A DNA stretch of 45,306 bases, from positions 1 to 45,306 of the forward strand of contig JAQWCP010000001.1 of NCBI GenBank assembly GCA_028705905.1. The letters run 5' to 3'. The notes beneath the pieces were generated by a model, which ran no database searches, was not told the DNA's origin, and saw only the letters and a program-made list of their open reading frames with translations. This DNA comes from Oscillospiraceae bacterium (GTDB lineage Bacteria > Bacillota > Clostridia > Oscillospirales > Oscillospiraceae). This document shows positions 8,801 through 15,303 of the stretch, one piece after another (within the stretch, counting starts at the first letter, position 1; each line of letters opens with the position of its first letter). The translations under genes were made by a program, and so were the position numbers.

Positions 8801-11229
8801 ACGGCGGGAACACTCTGCTTGCACACGAAGTGGGGGCCGGGAAAACCTACGAAATGGTGGCCGCTGCGATGGAGAGTAAGCGGCTGGGGCTGTGCAGCAA
8901 GTCGCTGATCGTGGTGCCGAACCACATCACGGAGCAATGGGCGGCGGAGTGGCTCCAGCTTTACCCCTCCGCCAACATCCTTGTGGCGACCAAAAAGGAC
9001 TTTGAAACCAAGAACCGCAAGAAATTCTGCGGGCGCATTGCCACCGGCGACTACGACGCCATCATCATCGGGCACAGCCAGTTTGAGAAAATCCCCATGT
9101 CAAAGGAACGGCAGGAGGCCATTTTGGGGCGGCAGATTGATGAGCTGCTCTTTGGCATACAGGAGGCAAAGTCGGCCAAAGCGGAACGCTACACCATCAA
9201 GCAGATGGAGAAAACCAAGAAATCCCTTGAGCTGCGCCTTGCAAAGCTCAACGACCAATCGAGGAAAGACAACCTCGTCACCTTTGAGGAATTGGGCGTT
9301 GACCGCATATTCATTGATGAGAGCCATTATTTCAAGAACCTCTTTTTAATGACGAAAATGCGGAATGTGGGCGGCGTGGCGCAGACCGAGGCACAGAAAT
9401 CCAGTGACCTGTTTATGAAATGTCAATATCTGGACGAGATTACGGACGGACGCGGCACAATCTTTGCCACGGGCACCCCCATCAGCAATTCGATGGTGGA
9501 GCTATACACCATCCAGCGGTATTTGCAGTACCGCACCTTGCAGGAAATGGGGCTGACCCACTTTGACGAGTGGGCGGCCAACTTCGGCGAAACCGTCACG
9601 GCCATCGAGCTTTCCCCGGAGGGGTCGGGCTACCGGGCGAAAACGAGGTTCGCAAAGTTCTACAATCTGCCGGAGCTGATGGCGACCTTCAAGGAGGCCG
9701 CCGACATCCAAACGGCGGATATGCTGGATTTGCCCGTTCCGAAAGCGAATTTTCACACCGAAGTCATCAAGCCGACAGAGCTTCAGCAGGAAATGATTAA
9801 AGGGCTTGCCGAGCGCGCCGAGGCAAGCCGCGACCGCAAGGTTGATCCCAGCGTCGATAATATGCTGAAGATCACCAACGACGGGCGCAAACTGGCTCTG
9901 GATATGCGCCTGATGAATCCCCTTGCGCCGGACGATGAGAACAACAAGACCTCGGTATGCGCCCGGAATATTGCCCGTATTTGGGAGGAAACAAAGGAAC
10001 AGCGCAGTGCCCAGCTTGTGTTCTGCGACCTCAGTACGCCAAAGGGCGACGGCTCTTTCAACGTCTACGACGACCTGAAAAAGAAGCTCATGGAAAAGGG
10101 CGTCCCGGACGAAGAAATCGCCTATATCCATGAGGCCAACACCGAAGCGAGGAAAAAGGAGCTGTTCGGCAAGGTGCGCTCCGGGCAGGTGCGCGTCCTC
10201 ATGGGCAGCACACAGAAAATGGGTGCGGGCACCAACGTCCAGGACAAATTGATTGCCCTCCATGATTTGGATTGCCCCTGGCGGCCCTCCGACCTGGCGC
10301 AGCGTTTGGGCAGAATTGTCCGACAGGGAAACGGCAACCCGGAGGTGGAAATCTTCCGTTATGTCACGGAGAACACCTTCGACGCCTATTTATACCAGCT
10401 TGTCGAGAACAAGCAGAAGTTCATCGCGCAGATTATGACCAGCAAGACCCCTCTGCGCGCCGCCGATGATGTGGACGAAACGGCACTGAACTATGCGGAA
10501 ATCAAGGCGCTGGCCACCGGCAATCCCCTCATCATCGAAAAGTGCAATCTGGATATGGAGGTGGGCAAGCTGAATATGCTCAAAGCCAACCATCTGAGCC
10601 AGAAATACGCGCTGGAGGAAATGGCGCTGCGCAAGTATCCCGAAGCTATTACCCGGCTGACGGAACGGGCCGCAGGCTACGAGCAGGACATTCAGCTCGT
10701 TGCAGAACACCCAAAGCTGCCCGACAGCTTCCCCGGCATGGAAATCCTCGGCACCGCCCACAGCGAAAAGGAAAGCGCGGGCAAGGCAATCCTTGACGCC
10801 TGCACGAAAATGACCGGCTCCGACGCTGTCTTTTTGGGACAGTACCGGGGCTTTTCTCTTGTCCTTGCCTATGACGGCTCCAGCAACGAATACCGCATGA
10901 CCATGAAGGGGACGCTCTCCCACGCCGTTGTTTTAGGCGCGGATGTGTTCGGCAATATCACCCGCATGGATAACGCGCTGGACAGCTTTGCGGATAAGCT
11001 GGGCACTGTCCGCGAGGAACTGGAAAACACAAAAGTCCAGCTTGAAAACGCCCGCGCTGAGATGGAGGCTCCCTTTTCCAGAGAGGATGAGCTGGACCAA
11101 AAGACTGCCCGCTTGAAAGAGCTGAACATCCTGCTCAACATGGATCAGAAAGACCGCTCCGTTATCGACGGTGAGCCGGATGAGGGTGACGGCGCTCCCG
11201 AAAGGAAAAATACCGACCGGGAACGCTGA
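2827..11229 (+). CDS. Polyvalent ICE protein: ArdC-like N-terminal domain + N6-adenine DNA methyltransferase + SNF2-family helicase
   Basis: AGGAGG at 2813-2818, ATG at 2827, and no stop until 11227-11229. Motifs read from the translation:
- MTase motif I, ILEPACGIGNF (6760-6792).
- MTase motif IV, NVPFG (6958-6972).
- Helicase motif I, GAGKT (8833-8847).
- Helicase motif II, DESH (9316-9327).
- Helicase motif VI, QRLGRIVRQGN (10300-10332).
The N-terminus (MARKYELITELYQRT...YAQRPDA...GRWVNKGATGIAVF) resembles N-termini of ICE methylase-helicase polyvalent proteins, from memory. The 3674-4024 segment is low complexity in this frame. Confidence 0.85.
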   Translation: MARKYELITELYQRTQKSVTAPGAWQRFLSSACRNYRLSFDEQLLVYAQRPDAIAVLELEDWNRKFGRWVNKGATGIAVFDKEYTGRSRLKHFFDVSDTHESRFSRPVPIWDMRPEQEAEIIESLENSFGELADKSDFAAALISAAQNAVEDNMPDYLSELRYCKENSFLEELDDFNTEVLYKKALQNSVAYMLLTRCGIDAGEYFTDEDFRDVLDFNTPETLNALGTATGDIAQMGLSEISRTVQNLQRQAKKENRTFANSKESEYPVGEKNNKQSERSFEYGTELHETGRLQSSEPSAPAGAGNQPWEIRLAAPEVPEGEPQDRLHEPADQRKAERAPDGDRADGAHPAGAVDKGDGEGRGRDGADEGGRADEMGRPDEQPPALGGGSDSERTDLQLNTTENAGGDELPAFLDEKLIMAVISNKDDDLKYKKQQIELFFSIHPEETERADYLKTAYQDRYTEILVGDVRIGYKPQEDGLLMWEGAYLSRTSESVFSWGVVAGLTAQLIGKKEYAINTDIKALKSQESQQMSLFDFAGFNTAADAPEQVYLFRGFEISQQVIDTALCLGGNEPDCLERVCSFFSKDYPLERNAAFLKEEYGQDGKGFYLGSRLISLWFDEAGLHLSEGRTATGSQAMLLSWEDAAKRIRELLDLGRYAPQSVLDRADAVEKKVIAEKLLYMTGDFAEAAREAGFLSAVQEIHNARLGYPDMTKQLTDKLDDAAVAEGLASDMTTFLAAYEQNRELLRFRFHRPKELLRSLRGLQREPVSFTVQENFETAPKQFITDDEIDKLLAGGNHVQDNKLRIYSYFLEEHTAKERADFLKHDYGIGGFGRLGFNENHDTKGISYCRENRLFEPYDKILLSWSKVEKRISELIRQDRYLTEQEVAYIPTYEKGQLARNIYSFFYNVPQEQPRPFPYGFEYSDGIKLIEPQLDDPAKVEEIYQMMLPVWEGTQQDDRYYTSRKAGFENLSAYRDGAFSLFGEKKEPPAAAIPEDLPAKKETGPFSGLASELLRFYQEYDPYGYRDNMGLGESDEDAIAGLEQQLHDSGQRRVILDTLQTFLDESDPEEEIAVDLELFMERLQELSEESSGQQAQREEIAGFLDEAGYAVSDELIDTGISEYAAHGGKGNNQDIADYIEDELLNEESEPDLSDIEDELPAQKETEAALAPPKPKRERIRFTTLHPEIEQRHNFHITDNELGRGTPGEKFAANTAAIRLLKQIEYEDSQPGSGRLATPDEQITLSRYVGWGGLSDCFEEQNSHYQELKSLLDEDEYAAARASSLTAFYTSPVITNAMYQALSQMGFQRGNILEPACGIGNFIGSLPNSMADSKIYGVEIDSISGRIAQQLYQNSSIAVEGFEKVDMPDSFFDVAVGNVPFGDFKVLDRRYDKNHWLIHDYFFGKTLDKVRPGGIVAFITSKGTMDKENSSVRKYLAQRADLIGAIRLPDNAFKRNAGTEVTSDIIFLQKRDRMVDIEPEWVHLDTDENGIRMNSYFVQHPDMILGEMKMESTRFGMDSACKAYENADLAGQLQEAVSNLHAEITAYEVEELEDEEEDHSIPADPDVRNFSYTIVDGKIYFRENSVMHPVEMSVTAENRIRGMIALRDCVRKLIEFQTLDFPESAIKREQDKLNRLYDAYVKKYDRLFTRGNNLAFCEDASYCLLCSLEVLDEENNFKRKADMFSKRTIKPHVPVTSVDTASEALAVSISEKARVDMEYMSALSGKTAEKLETELDGVIFRDIDCAADPGLIPEAFTDLSRFPLVTADEYLSGNVRQKLQMAKALHEFLPAEKKSLIGQNISALTAVQPVDLTAGEIGVRIGATWIPPEIYRQFLFELVGTGGNARRRMSVLYSKCTGEWNVTEKNADYSNIKAVTTYGTKRISAYQIFEQTLNLKDVRIFDTVIENGNEKRVLNKKETAIAQDRQELIKSKFAEWLWRDIDRREALCKLYNETFNSIRPREYDGQHIRFSGMNPEIVLRPHQINAIAHIMYGGNTLLAHEVGAGKTYEMVAAAMESKRLGLCSKSLIVVPNHITEQWAAEWLQLYPSANILVATKKDFETKNRKKFCGRIATGDYDAIIIGHSQFEKIPMSKERQEAILGRQIDELLFGIQEAKSAKAERYTIKQMEKTKKSLELRLAKLNDQSRKDNLVTFEELGVDRIFIDESHYFKNLFLMTKMRNVGGVAQTEAQKSSDLFMKCQYLDEITDGRGTIFATGTPISNSMVELYTIQRYLQYRTLQEMGLTHFDEWAANFGETVTAIELSPEGSGYRAKTRFAKFYNLPELMATFKEAADIQTADMLDLPVPKANFHTEVIKPTELQQEMIKGLAERAEASRDRKVDPSVDNMLKITNDGRKLALDMRLMNPLAPDDENNKTSVCARNIARIWEETKEQRSAQLVFCDLSTPKGDGSFNVYDDLKKKLMEKGVPDEEIAYIHEANTEARKKELFGKVRSGQVRVLMGSTQKMGAGTNVQDKLIALHDLDCPWRPSDLAQRLGRIVRQGNGNPEVEIFRYVTENTFDAYLYQLVENKQKFIAQIMTSKTPLRAADDVDETALNYAEIKALATGNPLIIEKCNLDMEVGKLNMLKANHLSQKYALEEMALRKYPEAITRLTERAAGYEQDIQLVAEHPKLPDSFPGMEILGTAHSEKESAGKAILDACTKMTGSDAVFLGQYRGFSLVLAYDGSSNEYRMTMKGTLSHAVVLGADVFGNITRMDNALDSFADKLGTVREELENTKVQLENARAEMEAPFSREDELDQKTARLKELNILLNMDQKDRSVIDGEPDEGDGAPERKNTDRER
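3674..4024 (+). CDS. tnpV: TnpV-family protein (116 aa) nested in frame +2 inside the polyvalent ORF
   Basis: AAGGAG at 3660-3665, an 8-nt spacer, ATG at 3674, TAA at 4022-4024. The translation (MALSYTKQGDYNLPNL...LLTSGKLNAHLMEIEQTA...GVTEQMKADEQMKWVGLMNNLRHSAEEVILNELIYS) matches, from memory and end to end, the small TnpV proteins of clostridial transposons. Codon third positions are G/C-biased in this frame but not in frame 1. Confidence 0.6.
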   Translation: MALSYTKQGDYNLPNLLPPQEPEISLGKYALLRRKFLKENRRIAYTNLLTSGKLNAHLMEIEQTALTRLEQLTKEMAKAEGVTEQMKADEQMKWVGLMNNLRHSAEEVILNELIYS

Positions 11230-11236
11230 TTTCCAC

Positions 11237-11290
11237 AAGCCGATTGGCTTTCATTACGAAAACCGGTCGGCTTTTTACATAGCCGGATTG
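11237..11290. repeat. Intergenic repeat copy A (AAGCCGATTGGCTTTC ... CCGGTCGGCTTTTTACATAGCCGGATTG)
   Basis: About 50 nt, closely similar to 13078-13127. It shares the TTACATAGCCGG(A/T)TTG word with 12654-12674 and 13143-13160. Confidence 0.7.
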
Positions 11291-11316
11291 ACTTTACGAC
11301 CAATATGTCATATAAT
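11288..11316 (+). promoter_or_regulatory. Sigma-70-type promoter candidate for the Fic cassette
   Basis: TTGACT (11288-11293), an exact 17-nt spacer, TATAAT (11311-11316). It lies 33 nt upstream of ATG 11349. The -35 element overlaps the end of repeat copy A. Confidence 0.55.
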
Positions 11317-11348
11317 ATAGAGCAGAAATACCGCAGAGGAGAAACGGC

Positions 11349-12332
11349 ATGGAAAAAATCATGATGCCGCAGGACAAGGTGCGGCAGTCACGTTTGGCAA
11401 AGGGACTGACCCAAACCCAGGTGGCGGATGCCTGCGGGATTACCCTCAGACAGTATCAGCGTCTGGAGGGCGGAGAGCGCAGCATATCTTCCACCGCCGT
11501 CCATGTCGGCGTGGATATTTGCGATTTACTGGATTTGGACATTCACGATTTAATAAAAAGAGAGGAATCTGGATTTATGGAATATGCAGCATTGCTTGAA
11601 ATGAAAAACCGGCTCTTGAAGAGCCGCGATAAGCTGCCAAAGGCGGCGCTTGAAAGCTTTGAAGAGAGCTTTTCCATCGAATACACGCACAACTCCACCG
11701 CCATTGAGGGAAACACGCTCACCTTAATGGAAACAAAGGTTGTACTTGAGGATCAAGTATCTATCGGTGGGAAAAACCTCCGGGAAATTTACGAGGTAGT
11801 GAACCACAACAAGGCGTTTGCCTACGTCAGAGCGTGCGTCGCGGAAGGCAAGCCGCTTTCGGAGGATATTGTAAAAGATATTCACGAGATTTTGATGGAG
11901 AATATCTTTCAGGGCGGCATTTACCGAAACTGTGAGGTTCGCATTACCGGCGCGAAGCACAAGCCTCCGGTGCCGAATGAAATGTACCGGCAGATTAAGG
12001 ATTTCTTTGCAGGGCTGCCTTACCGCACGGATTTGAACCCTATCGAGCTTGCGGCCTATACTCATGCGGAGTTTGTGAAGATTCACCCCTATGAGGACGG
12101 GAACGGCAGAACATCCCGGCTGATTATGAATTACCAGTTAATGATAAACGGCTTTCTTCCTGTTTCAATCCGCAAGGAGGATCGGCTGTCGTATTTTGAA
12201 ACTCTGGAGGAATACGCGGTAAACGGTAATTTACAACCTTTTGCGGACATGATAGCCGGTCTGGAAGAAAGTCAGCTAAAAGACTACCTTTCCATACTGC
12301 CGAAAGAAAAAAGCCGGGATTTGGAAAGATGA
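11349..12332 (+). CDS. XRE-family HTH + Fic domain protein (AMPylase-type, class II with cis inhibitory helix)
   Basis: The N-terminus (LAKGLTQTQVADACGITLRQYQRLEGG) is an XRE HTH. The Fic motif HPYEDGNGRTSR is at 12084-12119. The inhibitory motif S-x-x-x-E-G (STAIEG) is at 11694-11711. GAGGAG RBS lies 8 nt upstream. Confidence 0.9.
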   Translation: MEKIMMPQDKVRQSRLAKGLTQTQVADACGITLRQYQRLEGGERSISSTAVHVGVDICDLLDLDIHDLIKREESGFMEYAALLEMKNRLLKSRDKLPKAALESFEESFSIEYTHNSTAIEGNTLTLMETKVVLEDQVSIGGKNLREIYEVVNHNKAFAYVRACVAEGKPLSEDIVKDIHEILMENIFQGGIYRNCEVRITGAKHKPPVPNEMYRQIKDFFAGLPYRTDLNPIELAAYTHAEFVKIHPYEDGNGRTSRLIMNYQLMINGFLPVSIRKEDRLSYFETLEEYAVNGNLQPFADMIAGLEESQLKDYLSILPKEKSRDLER

Positions 12333-12616
12333 AAAAGCACGGCCATTACTGTAAAGTGTGCGGCGAATACAAAGCGAACGAGAAGTTTTCCGGCAAAGGC
12401 CATGCCGCCCATATCTGCAAGGGCTGCTCCAAGCTGTCCGCCGCAGAAAAAGCGGAGAGCATGACAGTCAACCGGCTTTTGAATCTTCCGTACCGGCTGT
12501 CAAAGGCGGATATAGACTGGCTCAAAAACCGGCTGCATGATAAGCGGCCTGCGGTCAGGGCGCTTGCCGAAGAACAATATGAAATGCGCTTTCCCCATCG
12601 AAATAAAACAGAATAA
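12329..12616 (+). CDS. Small zinc-ribbon protein (CxxC...CxxC), coupled to fic
   Basis: ATGA overlap with the fic stop (12329-12332). The sequence HYCKVCGEY...HICKGCSKL gives four Cys in two CxxC pairs. Confidence 0.65.
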   Translation: MKKHGHYCKVCGEYKANEKFSGKGHAAHICKGCSKLSAAEKAESMTVNRLLNLPYRLSKADIDWLKNRLHDKRPAVRALAEEQYEMRFPHRNKTE

Positions 12617-12653
12617 AATTCACGCGGCGGCATAGAATTCTTCCTGTGCCGCC

Positions 12654-12674
12654 TTACATAGCCGGTTGGTTTTC
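12654..12674. repeat. Intergenic repeat word copy B (TTACATAGCCGGTTGGTTTTC)
   Basis: Shares the TTACATAGCCGG(A/T)TTG and CCG(A/G)TTGG(C/T)TTTC words with copies A and C. It is preceded by a 7-bp hairpin, GGCGGCA/TGCCGCC (12626-12653). Confidence 0.55.
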
Positions 12675-12723
12675 TCATTTGAAAATCAGCCGGCTTTTCC
12701 TATGCGGATTGGAGGTGAAAAAC

Positions 12724-13059
12724 TTGACCGACGAAGAACTGAACACCGCCCTGTATGAAAAGGCGTTCGCGGAGCAGGAAAAGTACCGCGACTGGCTGTT
12801 ATCCCAGCCTCCCGCTGAAATCCTGAACCACACCTACGAATACACCATGCGCGAAGATATGCTGATGTCGCTGGAGAGCCACGACCTGACGGACAAACAG
12901 GCAAAGGCGCTGCTCAAATCGACCTGTCCTCTCGGCGATATATTCAAGGAGTGGGAAAACCGGGAAACCGATCACATGGACAATATCCGGGATACCATTG
13001 AAAACCGCGCAAACGTTGTGATTCAAAGGGATTTGAAGCGGGCGCAGCCGGAAAGATAA
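12724..13059 (+). CDS. DUF3848-like ICE protein
   Basis: The TTG at 12724 follows GGAGGTG (12711-12717). The sequence LYEKAFAEQEKYRDWLLSQPPAEILNHTYEYTMREDM resembles DUF3848 proteins of Clostridia ICEs, from memory. The 12646 start lacks an RBS and would read through the repeat. Confidence 0.6.
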   Translation: MTDEELNTALYEKAFAEQEKYRDWLLSQPPAEILNHTYEYTMREDMLMSLESHDLTDKQAKALLKSTCPLGDIFKEWENRETDHMDNIRDTIENRANVVIQRDLKRAQPER

Positions 13060-13077
13060 CCGCGCCGCATTCCCCAA

Positions 13078-13160
13078 AAGCCGATTGGTTTTCTTTTTAG
13101 AAGGCCGGTCGGTTTTTTACATATTGGAAGAATCAAGCTCTCTTTACATAGCCGGTTGCC
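13078..13160. repeat. Intergenic repeat copy C (two sub-copies: 13078-13127 and 13143-13160)
   Basis: AAGCCGATTGGTTTTC...CCGGTCGGTTTTTTACATATTGG parallels copy A almost base for base. A second TTTACATAGCCGGTTGCC follows. Confidence 0.7.
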
Positions 13161-13205
13161 GAAAAGCGATCAATTTATGGCTATGCAAAGGGGGCCTTAT
13201 TTTTT

Positions 13206-14153
13206 ATGTCTTTTTATGATTGCGAAGTGATTGCGAAAGCAAAGGAAATGGACTTGCTGACCTACCTGCAAAATTACAGCCCGCAGGAGCTTGTTCATGT
13301 GTCGGGCAATATCTACTGCACCAAGGCTCACGACAGCCTGCGGATTTCCAACGGCAAGTGGTGCTGGTTTTCACAGGGGATCGGCGGGCGCAGCGCGCTG
13401 GACTACCTGATTAAAGTGAACGGCCTCTCCTTCCTCGAAGCGGTGGAGGCCATCACCGGCAAGACGGCAGTTCAGCCGCCCGTTTTCACAGCCGCCGAAA
13501 AGGAAAAGCCGAAAACGCTGCTTTTGCCGCAGGCCAGCCGGTGCGCTACCCATGCCGTCAGCTATCTGGAGGCGCGGGGAATCTCTTTTGAACTAATCGA
13601 CTTCTGCATCCAGACCGGGCGGCTCTATGAAAGTACCCCGTACCACAACGCCGTTTTCGTGGGCTTCGACAAGGAGGGCAAACAGCGGTATGCCTGCCAG
13701 CGTGGAATCGGCACAGATTTCAAGGGCGACGTGAACGGCAGCGACAAGCACTATTCTTTCGCTCTGCCCGCACAGCGGGAGAATCAGGCGGTACACCTGT
13801 TTGAATCCGCCATTGATCTGCTGTCCTACGCCACCCTCTGCCAGAGGGCGGGCAGGGACTGGCAGCGCGAAAACCTCTTATCCCTTGCCGGTATCTATCA
13901 GCCGAAAAGGGTCATTGAGGAAAGCAAAATCCCCGCCGCGCTCACCCGGTTTCTGGAGGACTATCCCCACATCAAGACCGTGGTTCTCCACCTCGACAAC
14001 GACGGCCCCGGACGGCTGGCGACAAAGGCCATTATGACCGCCATGCCAAAGGAATACACCGTCCTCGACAGGCCGCCGCCGGAGGGCAAGGATGTGAACG
14101 ACTATCTCTGCCGCCTAAAGCAACGGCAGAGCGAAAGGAGTTTTGAGCGATGA
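13206..14153 (+). CDS. DUF3991 + Toprim domain protein (ICE primase-like)
   Basis: The N-terminus (DLLTYLQNY...LRISNGKWCWFSQGIGGRSALDYLIKVNG) is typical of DUF3991. The C-terminal part (HLFESAIDLLSY...VLHLDNDGPGR) looks like Toprim acidic motifs. Confidence 0.8.
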   Translation: MSFYDCEVIAKAKEMDLLTYLQNYSPQELVHVSGNIYCTKAHDSLRISNGKWCWFSQGIGGRSALDYLIKVNGLSFLEAVEAITGKTAVQPPVFTAAEKEKPKTLLLPQASRCATHAVSYLEARGISFELIDFCIQTGRLYESTPYHNAVFVGFDKEGKQRYACQRGIGTDFKGDVNGSDKHYSFALPAQRENQAVHLFESAIDLLSYATLCQRAGRDWQRENLLSLAGIYQPKRVIEESKIPAALTRFLEDYPHIKTVVLHLDNDGPGRLATKAIMTAMPKEYTVLDRPPPEGKDVNDYLCRLKQRQSERSFER

Positions 14154-14344
14154 AGGAATACGATGTTGCCATTACCGAAACCTTGAAAATGACGGTTACG
14201 GTGGAGGCGGACAGCCCGGAGGAAGCCGAGCAGAAGGCTTCCGACAACTGGCATAACAGCGAATATATCCTGGACGCGGACAACTTCACCGGCGTGGATT
14301 TTGCAGCAAAGCATAAAAACCGCAGCCGGGATTATGAACGATGA
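14150..14344 (+). CDS. DpnD/PcfM-like small protein
   Basis: ATGA coupling at 14150-14153. The sequence YDVAITETLKMTVTVEADSPEEAEQKASDNWHNSEYILDADNFTGVDF matches the DpnD/PcfM pattern, from memory. Confidence 0.75.
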   Translation: MKEYDVAITETLKMTVTVEADSPEEAEQKASDNWHNSEYILDADNFTGVDFAAKHKNRSRDYER

Positions 14345-14362
14345 GAAAGAGAGGATTTTTCC

Positions 14363-14701
14363 ATGAATGATTATGTATTTACCCTGACCGCCACCTCTGT
14401 AAAGGAAGTCGAAGTCAGTGCGCACAATTTCAAAGAAGCCGGGCAGTTGGTTCAACAGATGATAAGGGATACGGATGTATTGAACTTCTGCCACGATGAC
14501 GTAACCGCTGTGGATATTGTCGGCGAATCTGCTGATTCTGAATGTGGCGGCTGCTGCGAGGCTTGCGACCTTTATTGCGAAGTGTGCGGCTCCTGCCTTG
14601 CCCATGATTGTGAAACCTGCGAGGAAGAGGACTGCGAAGGCTGTAAATGGCGCTGTCCTGAATGCGGCGGCTGTGGCCACCCGGACGTTAGAAATCAGTA
14701 A
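14363..14701 (+). CDS. DpnD/PcfM-like N-domain fused to an extremely Cys-rich tail
   Basis: GAGAGGA RBS upstream. The N-terminal half is built like the previous gene. The tail is CGGCCEACDLYCEVCGSCLAHDCETCEEEDCEGCKWRCPECGGCGHPD. Confidence 0.7.
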   Translation: MNDYVFTLTATSVKEVEVSAHNFKEAGQLVQQMIRDTDVLNFCHDDVTAVDIVGESADSECGGCCEACDLYCEVCGSCLAHDCETCEEEDCEGCKWRCPECGGCGHPDVRNQ

Positions 14702-14734
14702 AAGCGGCTTCTTTTTTCGCCGGTAATCAAGACC

Positions 14735-14824
14735 GATTCCCACCGAGGGAATCTCTCTGTCACTGTACCAGCAAGCATCGCCCCCGAGATACCACGGGGG
14801 CAGACTTGTCAGGGGTAGCCCCTG
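14735..14824 (+). other. Candidate oriT: three consecutive inverted repeats upstream of mobC and the relaxase
   Basis: Three inverted repeats are present:
- IR1: GATTCCC-ACCGA-GGGAATC (14735-14753).
- IR2: CCCCCG-8nt-CGGGGG (14781-14800).
- IR3: CAGGGG-TAG-CCCCTG (14810-14824).
The position is typical for an oriT, but I did not identify a nic site. Confidence 0.45.
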
Positions 14825-14860
14825 AAACCCTTATCACACAACAGGAAGGATGTGTTTTGA

Positions 14861-14977
14861 ATGAGCCAATTTCTGTTTTTTATCATCGGGCTTTTGATTG
14901 GCGGCTTATGCGGCATTACCGTCATGTGCCTGCTTCAAATCAACCGAATAAACGGCAAGGAGGGAAAAGAAAAATGA
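14861..14977 (+). CDS. 38-aa single-pass membrane protein (DUF3789-like), absent from the ORF track
   Basis: MSQFLFFIIGLLIGGLCGITVMCLLQINRINGKEGKEK. The stop TGA at 14975-14977 overlaps the mobC ATG at 14974 (ATGA). GGAAGGA lies 7 nt upstream. Confidence 0.6.
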   Translation: MSQFLFFIIGLLIGGLCGITVMCLLQINRINGKEGKEK

Positions 14978-15303
14978 GGAAACGCAATGTTCATATCCAG
15001 TTCTGGCTGGATAAAAAAGAAGCCGAAGCCTTTACGAAAAAGGTAAAACGCAGCGGTCTTTCCCGCGAAGCCTATCTTCGACATCTGGTGAATGGGCTTT
15101 TACCCCAGGACGCACCGCCGCCCGATTATTTTTCCTTTATGCGGGAGTTGCACGGCGTCGGCAATAACCTGAATCAGATCGCGCAGAAGGCCCATGTGCT
15201 GAACGTCATCGACGTGCAGCGGTATGATGAAGCCATGCGGCGGTTTGAAAAGGTCGTCGGGGAGATTACGGAGGCGGTCATCCTGCCCCGGAGGATGGAA
15301 TAA
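14974..15303 (+). CDS. mobC: MobC-family relaxosome accessory protein
   Basis: Internal ATG of ORF 14806..15303. The sequence LHGVGNNLNQIAQKAH is the MobC signature. The start is coupled to the small ORF upstream and, at the 3' end, to the relaxase (TAATG at 15301-15305). Confidence 0.85.
   Translation: MRKRNVHIQFWLDKKEAEAFTKKVKRSGLSREAYLRHLVNGLLPQDAPPPDYFSFMRELHGVGNNLNQIAQKAHVLNVIDVQRYDEAMRRFEKVVGEITEAVILPRRME

Noticed and set aside
14806-14973. 165-aa version of the MobC ORF, and likewise the 20359 start of Maff2, the 16672 start of PcfB and the 12646 start of the DUF3848-like gene
   Set aside because: The extensions cross candidate oriT hairpins, upstream genes or repeats, and they lack an RBS. 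The internal starts have good SD spacing and match the family N-termini.
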